From an uncultured Syntrophaceae bacterium (GTDB taxonomy: Bacteria > Desulfobacterota > Syntrophia > Syntrophales > Fen-1087), in NCBI GenBank assembly GCA_964460245.1, contig CAYWTL010000002.1, positions 1,220-65,219 of the forward strand: a stretch of 64,000 bases of DNA, given 5' to 3'. The notes beneath the pieces are model-generated. The model was not told the origin of the DNA. It saw nothing but the letters and a program-made list of their open reading frames with translations, and searched no databases. Below are positions 17,839 to 27,420 of the stretch, in pieces; the first letter of the stretch is position 1; each line of letters begins with the position of its first letter. The translations under genes and the position numbers were made by a program.

Positions 17839-18698
17839 AAACCCTTCGCGTGGTCATCATTACGGGCATGTCCGGTTCAGGGAAGACGACGGCCCTGAGG
17901 GCGCTCGAAGATATCGGCTACTTCTGTGTCGACAATCTTCCGGTGATCCTGCTTCCTGACTTTCTCGCAATCCAGTCCGACGCGTCGAAAGATGTCTCGA
18001 AGGTTGCGATGGTGATGGACCTGAGGGAAAGAAGCTTTCTGCAAAGCTACACCAAGATCTTCAAGGAGCTGAACCGGAAGGGGTACAAGATCGAAATTCT
18101 TTTTCTGGATGCCGCCGACGATGCCCTGCTCCATCGTTTCAGTGAAACCAGGCGAACCCACCCCCTGTCCCTGCGCGGGTCCGTGATGGAAGGCATCCTC
18201 AGCGAGCGGAGCCAACTATCTCCCCTGAAGCAGATGGCCGACAAGGTTCTCGACACGACTTCCCTGAATGTCCATCAGCTCAAGGACGCCGTACAGAGGC
18301 ACTTTCTAGGCACCGCTTCACGGAGAATGGTCATTCATGTCACATCTTTCGGCTATCGATACGGATTGCCCGCCGATGCCGATATGGTTCTGGATGTTCG
18401 TTTTCTTCCGAATCCCTATTTTATCGAGGAACTGAAACCCCATAACGGGCATCACGCCACGGTTCGCCGGTACGTTCTTGAATTTGAGGAGAGCCGGGTT
18501 TTTATCCGGAAGCTTTTCGAACTGATGGAATTTCTTGTCCCGCTCTACGAGAAGGAGGGAAAGGCCCGGTTCAACATCGCCGTCGGATGCACCGGCGGAA
18601 GGCACCGGTCGGTCGTGATGGCCAATGAACTGGTGGCTCATTTCAGCGGCAAGGACTTTTTCGTCAGCATCAGCCACCGGGACATCAGCAAAAGCTGA
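17835..18698 (+). CDS. rapZ: RNase adapter protein RapZ
   Basis: [36 protein letters not shown]..; C-terminal [33 protein letters not shown] overlap with hprK. Confidence 0.93.
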   Translation: MKTLRVVIITGMSGSGKTTALRALEDIGYFCVDNLPVILLPDFLAIQSDASKDVSKVAMVMDLRERSFLQSYTKIFKELNRKGYKIEILFLDAADDALLHRFSETRRTHPLSLRGSVMEGILSERSQLSPLKQMADKVLDTTSLNVHQLKDAVQRHFLGTASRRMVIHVTSFGYRYGLPADADMVLDVRFLPNPYFIEELKPHNGHHATVRRYVLEFEESRVFIRKLFELMEFLVPLYEKEGKARFNIAVGCTGGRHRSVVMANELVAHFSGKDFFVSISHRDISKS

Positions 18699-18710
18699 AA
18701 TCGAAAATCC

Positions 18711-18744
18711 CCGGCCGGCACGCGGTTTTCGAGGCGCCGGCCGG
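18711..18744. terminator. Hairpin between convergent rapZ and the M23 peptidase gene (possible bidirectional terminator)
   Basis: CCGGCCGGC (18711-18719) pairs with GCCGGCCGG (18736-18744), a 9-bp GC stem. A T-rich run follows only on the minus strand (GGATTTTCGATTT). Confidence 0.45.
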
Positions 18745-18767
18745 TGTCCAAACCCGGATGCTGGAAT

Positions 18768-20099
18768 TCAATTGGCCTGGGCGATTTTTTTCGTGACATT
18801 GTCGGCAATCCAGTGGGGGTCCCACCACTCCTGGGGATTGACGAAACGGTCGCCTACGATCATGGAAAAATGCAGATGGTCACCCCCGGCCAGGCCGGTA
18901 AGGCCGGAGTTTCCGATCTGATCGCCTTTCTTCACCGGCTGTCCCGTCTGGGTGCGGATCGACGACAGGTGCGCGTACAGGGAAAACAGGCCCAATCCGT
19001 GGTCGATGATCAGGGCACTGCCGTAGATTCCGAGTGGACCGGCAAAAACGACGGTGCCGTCGTTCGCCGCCTCAATCGGGGCATGTTCTGTGGACGCAAG
19101 GTCGACGCCCTCGTGAAGGCTTTCGCCGATCGCTTTTCCCTGGTATAGGTAGGTTCGCGCGTCGCCGAAGAGCGCCATCGGAGACGCATTTTTCATTCTC
19201 AGGAATGTCTCCTGCCAGAGCTGTCTGGGTTCGCTTTTCCGGGTGATGGCCTGAATGGCTTTCAGGTTGTCCTGCCGCATCTGCCCGTTCACATGGATGA
19301 ACGTTTCCAGCATCGTTTTGCCCCGAAGTTCCGGGTTGGAAATTTGAAAATCGGGCATTTTCTGCTGCAGGAAAGCGTCCGACAGGTTCATTGGGTCGGA
19401 ACGGAACTTCTTGACCTTGATCAGGTGCGGCAGAGACAGGGAAGCCTCGTTGGAGGCCGTGTCCCGGGCAAAGATCTTGATGCGTGTTATACCCTGCCTG
19501 GCGTCGACCGGGAGGGCAAAATAGACGAGCTGGAAGAGCTTGCCCGAAAGCGTGACGGGATAACTCGGGAAGAACTGGTTGTCCACCATCACTCCGCTCG
19601 TCACCGTGGGCTCGGATGTTCGGAAGAGAGTGACGCAGGTCCCGCCGGGGTTGATGATGTTCTGCGGGTTCTGAGGGTAAATCTGGGGCGGTGTCAAGTC
19701 GATCGTCACCGGCCTGCTGATCCGGGTTTCATTTTTGAACAGCGAATAATCGACGGCTTTGAGCTGAAGGATGGCGGGTCCGTCATGCATCTTCATTTCG
19801 TAGGGATCCACCGTCAGGGACAGGATTTTACGGCTTGTTTTTTTCTCTGGATAACGGATGGAAGAAAGCGGGTAGGATCTGTCGTCCTGGACGATGACGG
19901 CCGCTGTTTCCCGAAGGCCGCTTCCCTGGTCGGAAAAGGTGATTTCCATGACTTTCTGCCGTCCGATGGCGACCAGATCCTCGGAAAGCCGGATCTCCGG
20001 CTTGCCGATTTCAAAATAGCTGCCGAACAGGAAAAAACCGCCTGTCAGTGCGATGACGACGGCAAAGACGATGACATAGCGAAAGAAATGCTTGTTCAT
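18768..20099 (-). CDS. M23 family peptidoglycan metalloendopeptidase
   Basis: 443 aa. N-terminal TM YVIVFAVVIALTGGFFLF. C-terminal LytM domain HEGVDLAS..IDHGLGLFSLYAHLS..GNSGLTGLAGGDHLHFS (HxxxD..HxH). Confidence 0.9.
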   Translation of the reverse strand: MNKHFFRYVIVFAVVIALTGGFFLFGSYFEIGKPEIRLSEDLVAIGRQKVMEITFSDQGSGLRETAAVIVQDDRSYPLSSIRYPEKKTSRKILSLTVDPYEMKMHDGPAILQLKAVDYSLFKNETRISRPVTIDLTPPQIYPQNPQNIINPGGTCVTLFRTSEPTVTSGVMVDNQFFPSYPVTLSGKLFQLVYFALPVDARQGITRIKIFARDTASNEASLSLPHLIKVKKFRSDPMNLSDAFLQQKMPDFQISNPELRGKTMLETFIHVNGQMRQDNLKAIQAITRKSEPRQLWQETFLRMKNASPMALFGDARTYLYQGKAIGESLHEGVDLASTEHAPIEAANDGTVVFAGPLGIYGSALIIDHGLGLFSLYAHLSSIRTQTGQPVKKGDQIGNSGLTGLAGGDHLHFSMIVGDRFVNPQEWWDPHWIADNVTKKIAQAN

Positions 20100-20195
20100 G
20101 GAACGACCCCTTCATGCGATTTCGATTTGCGGCGCCACATATAAATGATTTGTCTTTGCCATTGCAAGCCAAAAAAGCCCATGAGGATTAACTCC

Positions 20196-20224
20196 TTGAT
20201 GTTGGATTGAAGAATTGCTATATT
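20196..20224 (+). promoter_or_regulatory. Candidate sigma70-type promoter for coaBC
   Basis: TTGATG (20196-20201), 17-nt spacer, TATATT (20219-20224), about 60 nt upstream of ATG 20284. Confidence 0.4.
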
Positions 20225-20283
20225 TTATCATCGGCTGCGGCCATTCGGAAAGCGTTCCGCGGCAGAGGGGAAGGACGGCCTTG

Positions 20284-21486
20284 ATGAAAGGGAAAAACAT
20301 ATTGCTCGGCGTAACGGGCGGGATTGCCGCCTACAAGTCGGCGGAACTGGTCAGGCTGTTCATCCGGGACGGCGCCCGGGTCAAGGTGATGATGACGAAG
20401 AACGCACAGGAATTCATCACCCCCCTGACACTGCAGACCCTTTCCGGACAACCTGTCTATCGGGAAACTTTTTCGCTGATTCGGGATTTCGATATAGCCC
20501 ACATGGCCCTGGCGGAGGAAGCGGACGTTGTCGTCATCGCCCCGGCCACGGCAAATGTCATCGGGAAGATTGCCTCCGGTCTGGCCGATGATCTTCTCAC
20601 CACGGTGGTCATGGCAACGAAAGCGCCGGTCCTTCTCTGTCCGGCCATGAACACCCGCATGTATGAAAACGTCATCGTCCAGGAAAACATGAGGAAGCTG
20701 GCCGAACGGGGATACCATTTGATGGAGCCGGGCGCCGGCGAACTGGCCTGCAAATCCGAAGGGGCGGGGAGGCTGCCGGATCCGCCGGACATCCTGGAAG
20801 AGGTGAAGTCCATTCTGACGGTGAAAGACCTTGCCGGAGAAACCGTCCTGGTCACGGCCGGGCCGACCCGGGAGCCATTCGATCCCGTCCGGTTCATCAC
20901 GAATTATTCGACGGGAAAGATGGGCTATGCTCTGGCCGCCAGGGCAAGGCGGCGGGGCGCATCGGTGATCCTGGTCAGCGGACCCACGTCGCTGCCCGTT
21001 CCCGAAGGGATTGTCTTCTTGCCCGTCTCCAGCGCCGCCGAGATGCGGGATGCCGTCATGAGGAATCTGGAGAAGGCCACCATCGTCATCAAATCCGCGG
21101 CAGTGGCCGATTATCGTCCATCCGTTTGCACAGGGGAAAAAATCAAGAAGAAAAACGGGTCGCTTTCCCTCAATCTGGAGAGGAATCCCGACATTGTCGC
21201 CGAAATCGGGAAAAAGAAGAAACATCGGATACTGGTCGGTTTTGCCATGGAATCGGAAGACCTGGTCGAGAATGCGAAAGCGAAGCTGCTGGCAAAAAAC
21301 ATGGATCTGATCGTGGCAAACGACCTGAAACAGGAAGGCGCCGGATTCCAGTCGGACACCAATATCGTGAAAATCCTGGACCGGGAGGGCGGCATGGAAG
21401 AATTGCCGCTGATGGACAAAGCGGATGTGGCGGAACGGATCCTGGACCGGGCAAAGGAATTGATCGCCCGCCGCACGAAGACTTGA
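20284..21486 (+). CDS. coaBC: Bifunctional phosphopantothenoylcysteine decarboxylase / phosphopantothenate-cysteine ligase
   Basis: KNILLGVTGGIAAYKSAELVR..APATANVIGKIASGLADDLL..PAMN..M; C-terminal ligase half VTAGPTREPFDPVRFITNYSTGKMG..AAVADYRP. ATG 20284 lies within ORF 20215..21486. Confidence 0.93.
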   Translation: MKGKNILLGVTGGIAAYKSAELVRLFIRDGARVKVMMTKNAQEFITPLTLQTLSGQPVYRETFSLIRDFDIAHMALAEEADVVVIAPATANVIGKIASGLADDLLTTVVMATKAPVLLCPAMNTRMYENVIVQENMRKLAERGYHLMEPGAGELACKSEGAGRLPDPPDILEEVKSILTVKDLAGETVLVTAGPTREPFDPVRFITNYSTGKMGYALAARARRRGASVILVSGPTSLPVPEGIVFLPVSSAAEMRDAVMRNLEKATIVIKSAAVADYRPSVCTGEKIKKKNGSLSLNLERNPDIVAEIGKKKKHRILVGFAMESEDLVENAKAKLLAKNMDLIVANDLKQEGAGFQSDTNIVKILDREGGMEELPLMDKADVAERILDRAKELIARRTKT

Positions 21487-21496
21487 GCCGCGCCTG

Positions 21497-22234
21497 ATGG
21501 ACGAGACGAAGGAAACCTGTGCCTTGACGGAAAGCAGCGATCCCGGCTGGGAATTGCTGGCGCTGGTCGCGTCCCTTCGGGCGCGCGTCCGTCTGGATCG
21601 TGAATTGAAGCGGGGGACTTCCTATCTGCGCATGACGGCGGGCGGCCGGATGGCCGAAGCCGCGAACGGCGCGCCGGATGCCGCCGCCGCGGCGCCGACA
21701 CTTCAGGATGTGCGCAAGGAATTGGGGGACTGCCGCCGCTGTCCCCTGCACCGGACACGGACCCATCTTGTCTTCGGGGAGGGAAGTCCTCAGGCTGTCC
21801 TTGCTTTTGTCGGGGAGGCGCCGGGCGCCGATGAAGATGTGCAGGGGAGGCCCTTTGTGGGAAAAGCCGGACAGCTTCTCAACCGGATCGTCGAGGCCAT
21901 GGGGATGACCCGTCACGATGTTTACATCTGCAACATCCTGAAGTGCCGTCCCCCCGCCAACCGGAACCCGAAGCCGGAAGAGATCATGTCCTGCGAGCCT
22001 TTTCTGGTCAAGCAGCTCGAATCCCTGAAGCCGAAAGTCATTTGCGCCCTGGGGACCTTTGCGGCGCAAGCGCTTCTCAAGACCGAGATTCCAATAACCC
22101 GTCTCCGCGGCCGCTTTCAAGCCTACCAGGGGATACCGCTCATGCCCACCTACCATCCCGCTTATCTGCTGCGGAATCCCGGGGCGAAAAAGCAGGTTTG
22201 GGAGGATATGCAGATGATCATGAAAATACTGTGA
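21497..22234 (+). CDS. Uracil-DNA glycosylase, family 4 (Fe-S type)
   Basis: CRRCPLHRTRTHLVFGEGSPQAVLAFVGEAPGADEDVQGRPFVGKAGQLL..CNILKCRPP..NR.P..; C-terminal PTYHPAYLLRNP. An N-terminal extension of about 70 aa is present. Confidence 0.88.
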   Translation: MDETKETCALTESSDPGWELLALVASLRARVRLDRELKRGTSYLRMTAGGRMAEAANGAPDAAAAAPTLQDVRKELGDCRRCPLHRTRTHLVFGEGSPQAVLAFVGEAPGADEDVQGRPFVGKAGQLLNRIVEAMGMTRHDVYICNILKCRPPANRNPKPEEIMSCEPFLVKQLESLKPKVICALGTFAAQALLKTEIPITRLRGRFQAYQGIPLMPTYHPAYLLRNPGAKKQVWEDMQMIMKIL

Positions 22235-22242
22235 GGTCCGGC

Positions 22243-23553
22243 ATGTTCAGGAAGCGATTCGCCACGGTGATGTTCGTTCTCTTCGGGATGCTCCTTCCGC
22301 TCCTTTTCCCGAACCCCTCCACCGGCGTAGACAAGAAGCCCGTATATCACGTCATCACGGTTGCCGCGACGATCTCGCCGCCGATCGCCACGTATGTCCT
22401 GCAGCGCATCGAGGAGGCGTCGAAGGAGGGCGCGGAAGGGCTGATCATTCTCCTCGACACGCCGGGCGGCCTCGACCTGGCCATGCGGGACATCGCCAAG
22501 GGCATCCTGAACGCGCCCCTGCCGGTCATCGTTTATGTTTCCCCCTCGGGCGCCAGGGCGGCTTCTGCGGGCGTCATCGTCACGATTGCCGCCCATGTCG
22601 CGGCCATGGCTCCGGGCACGAACATCGGGGCGGCCCATCCCGTCGGCATCGGGATCGGCGGCGGCATGGACAAGACGATGAAGGAGAAAGTGGAGAACGA
22701 TGCCGTGGCGTATGTCGTCGGCATCGCGAAGAAGCGGGGCAAAAACGAGGAGTGGGTTGAAAAAGCGGTCCGGAAGAGCGTGTCCATAACGGCCGAGGAA
22801 GCGCTGCGGCTTCAGGTGATCGACTTCGTGGCGGCGGATCTGAACCGGTTGCTGGATCAGATCGACGGCCGTGAGGTGTCCCTGGAAAAGGGCAGGAAGG
22901 TACTGAAGGCAAAAGGAGCGCTGGTCCGGGAAAAGAAAATGGGGATCCGTCAGGGCGTGCTGGCCGCGCTCAGCGACCCCAACATTGCCTATATTCTCTT
23001 TCTGCTGGGCCTGGCCGGGCTTTACTTCGAGTTTGCACACCCCGGCGTCATCCTTCCCGGCGTGGTCGGAGGCATCTCGCTGATCCTCGCATTTTTCGCC
23101 ATGCAGACCCTGCCGGTCAATTACGCGGGAGTGCTCCTGATCCTGTTCGCGATTATCCTGTTCATCGCGGAGGTGAAGGTCATGAGCCACGGCATTTTGA
23201 CCATCGGCGGCATCGTTTCTATGGTCATGGGGTCCCTGCTGCTCTTCGATTCGCCGGACCCGGCATTGCAGGTCTCCCTTCGGGTCATGATCCCGGCCCT
23301 GGCGGTCGTTTCCGTGTTTTTCGCCGGGGTAATCGCTCTGGTCGTGAAGGCGCAGATGCGGAAGCGTCACACGGGCAGCGAGGGCATGATGGGCGCCGTC
23401 GGCGAGGCGGTCACGGATATCCATGAAACGGGGAAGGTCTTCGTGCACGGGGAATACTGGAACGCCTGGAGCGAGAAATTCGTGGAGCAGGGGAAGCGGA
23501 TCCGCGTGGTCGAGGTGGAAGCCCTCAGGATAAAGGTCGAAGAATCATCATAA
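22243..23553 (+). CDS. NfeD-family membrane-bound serine protease (ClpP-class)
   Basis: ATG 22243 within composite ORF 21943..23553. Signal/TM, then [30 protein letters not shown] (ClpP-like Ser). Multi-TM middle region. C-terminal OB-fold [14 protein letters not shown]. Confidence 0.88.
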   Translation: MFRKRFATVMFVLFGMLLPLLFPNPSTGVDKKPVYHVITVAATISPPIATYVLQRIEEASKEGAEGLIILLDTPGGLDLAMRDIAKGILNAPLPVIVYVSPSGARAASAGVIVTIAAHVAAMAPGTNIGAAHPVGIGIGGGMDKTMKEKVENDAVAYVVGIAKKRGKNEEWVEKAVRKSVSITAEEALRLQVIDFVAADLNRLLDQIDGREVSLEKGRKVLKAKGALVREKKMGIRQGVLAALSDPNIAYILFLLGLAGLYFEFAHPGVILPGVVGGISLILAFFAMQTLPVNYAGVLLILFAIILFIAEVKVMSHGILTIGGIVSMVMGSLLLFDSPDPALQVSLRVMIPALAVVSVFFAGVIALVVKAQMRKRHTGSEGMMGAVGEAVTDIHETGKVFVHGEYWNAWSEKFVEQGKRIRVVEVEALRIKVEESS

Positions 23554-23566
23554 AGGAGGATTCAAC

Positions 23567-24313
23567 ATGTATACGATTACGGTACTCGTCATTCTGGTTG
23601 TCATGTTTCTGGCTGCCGCCATCCGGATCCTGAACGAATATGAACGGGCCGTTATTTTCCGTCTCGGGCGCGTCATCGATCAGAAGGGGCCGGGGTTGAT
23701 CATCCTGATCCCGGTGGTCGACAAGATGGTGAAAGTGGACATGCGGACCATCACCCTGGACGTCCCACCGCAGGACGTGATCACACGGGACAACGTCTCG
23801 ATCAAGGTCAACGCAGTCGTTTATTTCCGCGTCATGGACGCGAATTCCGCCGTGATCGATGTGGAAAACTATCTCTACGCGACGTCGCAGCTCGCCCAGA
23901 CGACATTGAGGAGCGTCTGCGGGCAGGTGGAACTGGACGAGATCCTCTCCAAGCGGGAGAAGATCAACCTGCACCTGCAGGAGATTCTGGACCGCAGCAC
24001 CGACTCGTGGGGCATCAAGGTTTCTCTGGTGGAGGTGAAACAGATCGACCTGCCGGAGGAAATGAAGCGGGCCATCGCGAAGCAGGCGGAGGCGGAACGG
24101 GAGCGGCGCGCGAAAGTCATCAACGCTGAAGGCGAGTTCCAGGCGGCCCAAAAGCTGATTGAAGCCGCCGCGTTGATGGAAACCCAGCCGATGTCGCTGC
24201 AGCTTCGGTATCTCCAGACCCTCAACCAGATCGCTTCGGAAAACAACTCGACGACGCTTTTTCCCGTGCCGATCGATCTGTTCAAGCCGTTTTTGAAGCT
24301 GGCTGAAAAATGA
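23567..24313 (+). CDS. SPFH/Band-7 (stomatin-like, slipin) protein
   Basis: N-terminal TM, then [73 protein letters not shown]. Classic partner of the preceding NfeD gene. Confidence 0.92.
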   Translation: MYTITVLVILVVMFLAAAIRILNEYERAVIFRLGRVIDQKGPGLIILIPVVDKMVKVDMRTITLDVPPQDVITRDNVSIKVNAVVYFRVMDANSAVIDVENYLYATSQLAQTTLRSVCGQVELDEILSKREKINLHLQEILDRSTDSWGIKVSLVEVKQIDLPEEMKRAIAKQAEAERERRAKVINAEGEFQAAQKLIEAAALMETQPMSLQLRYLQTLNQIASENNSTTLFPVPIDLFKPFLKLAEK

Positions 24314-24421
24314 GAATCGGGAGAATAAAATCGGTTGCGGAAGGCCATCCTTCATGGACCGGCGCAGGGTCTGGAAGGACCGGCCGGCGGAACCGGTTCA
24401 CGGAAAAGAGCGGGGGCTGAA

Positions 24422-24742
24422 GTGGATCGAAGGGAAAAACAGCACATCTTAACAGGGGGGCTGATCCTCATCACCGTGGGCATTCTGATCATCCTGAGCA
24501 AGACCACGGCCTTCGGTTTCAGCAAGAGCTGGCCTGTCCTCCTGATTGTGATCGGCATCGGCGCCCTGGCCCAGCGTTTCCGGGACCTGGGGGGATGGGT
24601 CCTCATGGCCGCCGGTGCGGTTCTGCTGGTGAATTACAACTGGGGACTGGATGCCCGGCTCATCTCCGCCTACCTGCTGCCGGTTGCGCTCATCGTGCTC
24701 GGTCTGGCCGTCCTCCGCAAGTATTTCAAGGGAAAGTCCTGA
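24422..24742 (+). CDS. Small integral membrane protein, unknown function
   Basis: Three or four hydrophobic helices (LTGGLILITVGILIIL, WPVLLIVIGIGALA, WVLMAAGAVLLV, YLLPVALIVLGLAVL). Start ambiguous: GTG 24422 chosen; the ORF is open from TTG 24335. Confidence 0.5.
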   Translation: MDRREKQHILTGGLILITVGILIILSKTTAFGFSKSWPVLLIVIGIGALAQRFRDLGGWVLMAAGAVLLVNYNWGLDARLISAYLLPVALIVLGLAVLRKYFKGKS

Positions 24743-25437
24743 TGGCGGCGGAGAAAACCCTGGTTCTGTGCGATTTCGACGGCACGGCCAGCATGGTCGA
24801 TGTGGGCAACATGCTGCTGGACCGCTTTACCGCGAACGGATGGGAGGAGATTGACCGGGATTATTGCGAGGGCAGGATCGGATCCCGGGTTGCCTATGCC
24901 AGAATCGCCCCCCTGTTTCGGGGAGACCGGGACGGGATGCTCGCCTATGTCTTCGAAAAGGCATCGCTGGACCCCTTCTTCAGAGATTTTCTTGACTACT
25001 GCAGGCAGGTCGGCGTGGATCTCAAGATCCTTTCCGATGGCCTGGATTTTTATATCGAGGCGATCCTGCGGAAAAGCGGCCTGACGGACATCGAATATTT
25101 TGCCAACTTCGTCACCTTTCGGGCTGACGGGGGGATTTCCATCGAATTCCCTCAGCCCAGCCCCGACTGCGGTAAATGCGGGAATTGCAAAAGCCGGATC
25201 GTTGCACGCTACCGGCCCCTGTATGACCGGATCATCTACATCGGTGACGGTTATTCCGATGTGTGCCCCGCAAAACACGCGGACCTCGTCTTCGCCAAGA
25301 GCATTCTGTTCGAAAAATGTTCGGTGAACGGAACCCCCTGCATTCATTACGATCACTTCGGCGAAATTCGGAACGTTCTGGAGCGGCGCATCCGTTCAGG
25401 TTTCACCGATGGGAGGCCGCGGACGCCTGCCGGCTGA
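24742..25437 (+). CDS. HAD-superfamily phosphatase (MtnX-like subfamily IB)
   Basis: TLVLCDFDGTASMVD (DxDGT nucleophile motif), ..KILSDGLDFYI.., YIGDGYSDVCPAKHADLVFAK. ATG 24742 overlaps the upstream stop (TGATG). The ORF-track start at 24595 is an extension. Confidence 0.8.
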   Translation: MAAEKTLVLCDFDGTASMVDVGNMLLDRFTANGWEEIDRDYCEGRIGSRVAYARIAPLFRGDRDGMLAYVFEKASLDPFFRDFLDYCRQVGVDLKILSDGLDFYIEAILRKSGLTDIEYFANFVTFRADGGISIEFPQPSPDCGKCGNCKSRIVARYRPLYDRIIYIGDGYSDVCPAKHADLVFAKSILFEKCSVNGTPCIHYDHFGEIRNVLERRIRSGFTDGRPRTPAG

Positions 25438-26281
25438 CACTGGCGAATCCCTGATCGAGCAGTTTTACCGTTTCCCGGAAGCGAATTCCGGGGGTGCGGG
25501 CACCCATCAGGAGGGCGATCAGCCGGGTTTCCCCCTGTCTTGCCGTGGCGATGATGTGGTAGCCGGCCGCATGGACGTAGCCGGTCTTCAGTCCGTCCGT
25601 ATTCGGATACCTCCTCAGCAGGAGGTTGTGATTGTACTGCGTGATGTTGTGATAGGTGTAAGACTGCATCGCGTGGATCCGAAGGGATTGCGGAAAGCGG
25701 CGGATATACTCGCGTGAGAGCTTTGCCATGTCCCGCGCGGTGGTCCGCTGTCCCTTGGCGGGAAGGCCGTGGGGGTTTTTGAAAGCGCTGCGGCTCATCC
25801 CCAACTGGCGGGCCTTTAAGTTCATTTTCCTGACGAAGGCATCTTCGGTGCCGCCCACGTGCTCCGCCAAGGCCACGGATGCGTCATTTGCCGAAACAAC
25901 GGACATTCCTTTGATCAACTCGTCCAGCCGGACCTCGCTGCCCGGGTCAACAAACATCCTCGATCCGCCGGTCCGCCAGGCTTTTTTGCTGACTTTGACG
26001 GGGTCCTGGAACCGTGCCTTTCCTTCATCGATGGCTTCGTATATTAGGTAGAGGGACAAAATTTTCGTGATCGACGCAGGCTGTAGCGGCCGGTCGGCGT
26101 CTTTTTGAAAGAGAATTTCGCCGGTGGCGGCGTTCATCACGATGGCCGACTGGTATTCCGGCTGGCGCTGCCGGCGCGGCTTCGCCTGCACGTCCGGCAC
26201 GGCGGCAAGCAGGAGCAGAAGCGCGCAGGCCAGGAGGATCGCAAACCGCCTGTCTATTTTGCTGGTTCCCGGATGGTTCAT
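25403..26281 (-). CDS. D-alanyl-D-alanine carboxypeptidase (S11, PBP5/6-like)
   Basis: Signal peptide, then SxxK (PASITKIL), SxN (VVSANDA), KTG (GLKTGY). 292 aa. Confidence 0.9.
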   Translation of the reverse strand: MNHPGTSKIDRRFAILLACALLLLLAAVPDVQAKPRRQRQPEYQSAIVMNAATGEILFQKDADRPLQPASITKILSLYLIYEAIDEGKARFQDPVKVSKKAWRTGGSRMFVDPGSEVRLDELIKGMSVVSANDASVALAEHVGGTEDAFVRKMNLKARQLGMSRSAFKNPHGLPAKGQRTTARDMAKLSREYIRRFPQSLRIHAMQSYTYHNITQYNHNLLLRRYPNTDGLKTGYVHAAGYHIIATARQGETRLIALLMGARTPGIRFRETVKLLDQGFASVSRQASAASHR

Positions 26282-26294
26282 TTCGTGATCTGTC

Positions 26295-27416
26295 CTATAT
26301 CAGGGCCAGTTGATCGGCCACCGCCAGCCCGGTTCGGGTCGGCCTGATCCTGCAGCCGCTGATTTCAATCAGCCCGGCGGCAGCAAGCCACTGCAGGGAG
26401 TCTCTTTTCCCCGCGAGGGGATTGCAGGGATATTTTTCCTCGAAATCGCACAAATCGATGCCCCGCCGGGTTCGCAAAGCAAGGAACAGGGCTTCCATCC
26501 CCAGCTGTTCCGCAGTGAGAATTTCGCAGTCTTCTACAGGCGCCCGGCCGTTCCGGAGTGCGTCGGTATACCTTTCGACAGACCGGTGGTTCCACCACCG
26601 CTTTCCCCGGCAGAAGGAGTGCGCGGACGGTCCGACGCCGAGGTAGGGTTGGTGCTGCCAGTACTTCTGGTTGTGCCTCGAGAGCAGAGAGGCGCTTCCG
26701 GCGAAATTGGACACTTCGTAGTGGATGTAACCCGCATTTTCCAGTATGTCCGCCGTTGTGAAAAAAAATTCCGCTTGGGCGGCTTCCCCGTTAAGAGCAA
26801 AGAGGTTTTCAGCGAATTTCCGTCCCAGCGGTGTGTCCGCTTCCAGCGTCAGCTGATAACAGGAGAGGTGGTGCGGACGGAAGGACAGCGCCCGGGACAA
26901 TGTCTCCCGCCACATGGCGACCGTCTGACCCGGAATGCCGTAGATCAGATCCACGCCGATGTTGTCGAAGCCGGCCGCGAAGGCATTTTCCACCGCATCG
27001 ACGGCCTGCCGACTGCTGTGCCGGCGTCCCAGAAAGCGGAGGAGCCGGTCGTCAAAAGACTGGATGCCGATATTGAGGCGGTTGACCCCGGAAAGGCGGA
27101 GGGATACGAGGTGGGCGGCTTCGGCATCCCCTGGATTCACCTCGACGGTGATTTCCGGTTCCGGCAGGATCGCGTAATTCCTCGCGACTGCCGTCAGGAT
27201 GTCTGCGATGATGCGAACGGGCAGGATGGAAGGTGTTCCGCCGCCGATGTATATGGTGTCAAAAAATTCGAATTCATGGACATACAGAGACAATTCCTGG
27301 ACCAGCCAATGAATGAACGGCGAGGGGTCACGATCGGGGACGATGGAGTAAAAATTGCAATACGCGCATTTCTGACGGCAGAAGGGGATGTGGATGTAGA
27401 GGCCGGCCGGCGACAT
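26295..27416 (-). CDS. hemW: Radical SAM heme chaperone HemW (HemN-like, oxygen-independent coproporphyrinogen oxidase family)
   Basis: GLYIHIPFCRQKCAYCNFYS (CxxxCxxC radical SAM motif), IYIGGGTPS. 373 aa. Immediately downstream of lepA, as in many bacteria. Confidence 0.88.
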   Translation of the reverse strand: MSPAGLYIHIPFCRQKCAYCNFYSIVPDRDPSPFIHWLVQELSLYVHEFEFFDTIYIGGGTPSILPVRIIADILTAVARNYAILPEPEITVEVNPGDAEAAHLVSLRLSGVNRLNIGIQSFDDRLLRFLGRRHSSRQAVDAVENAFAAGFDNIGVDLIYGIPGQTVAMWRETLSRALSFRPHHLSCYQLTLEADTPLGRKFAENLFALNGEAAQAEFFFTTADILENAGYIHYEVSNFAGSASLLSRHNQKYWQHQPYLGVGPSAHSFCRGKRWWNHRSVERYTDALRNGRAPVEDCEILTAEQLGMEALFLALRTRRGIDLCDFEEKYPCNPLAGKRDSLQWLAAAGLIEISGCRIRPTRTGLAVADQLALI

Positions 27417-27420
27417 GCCC

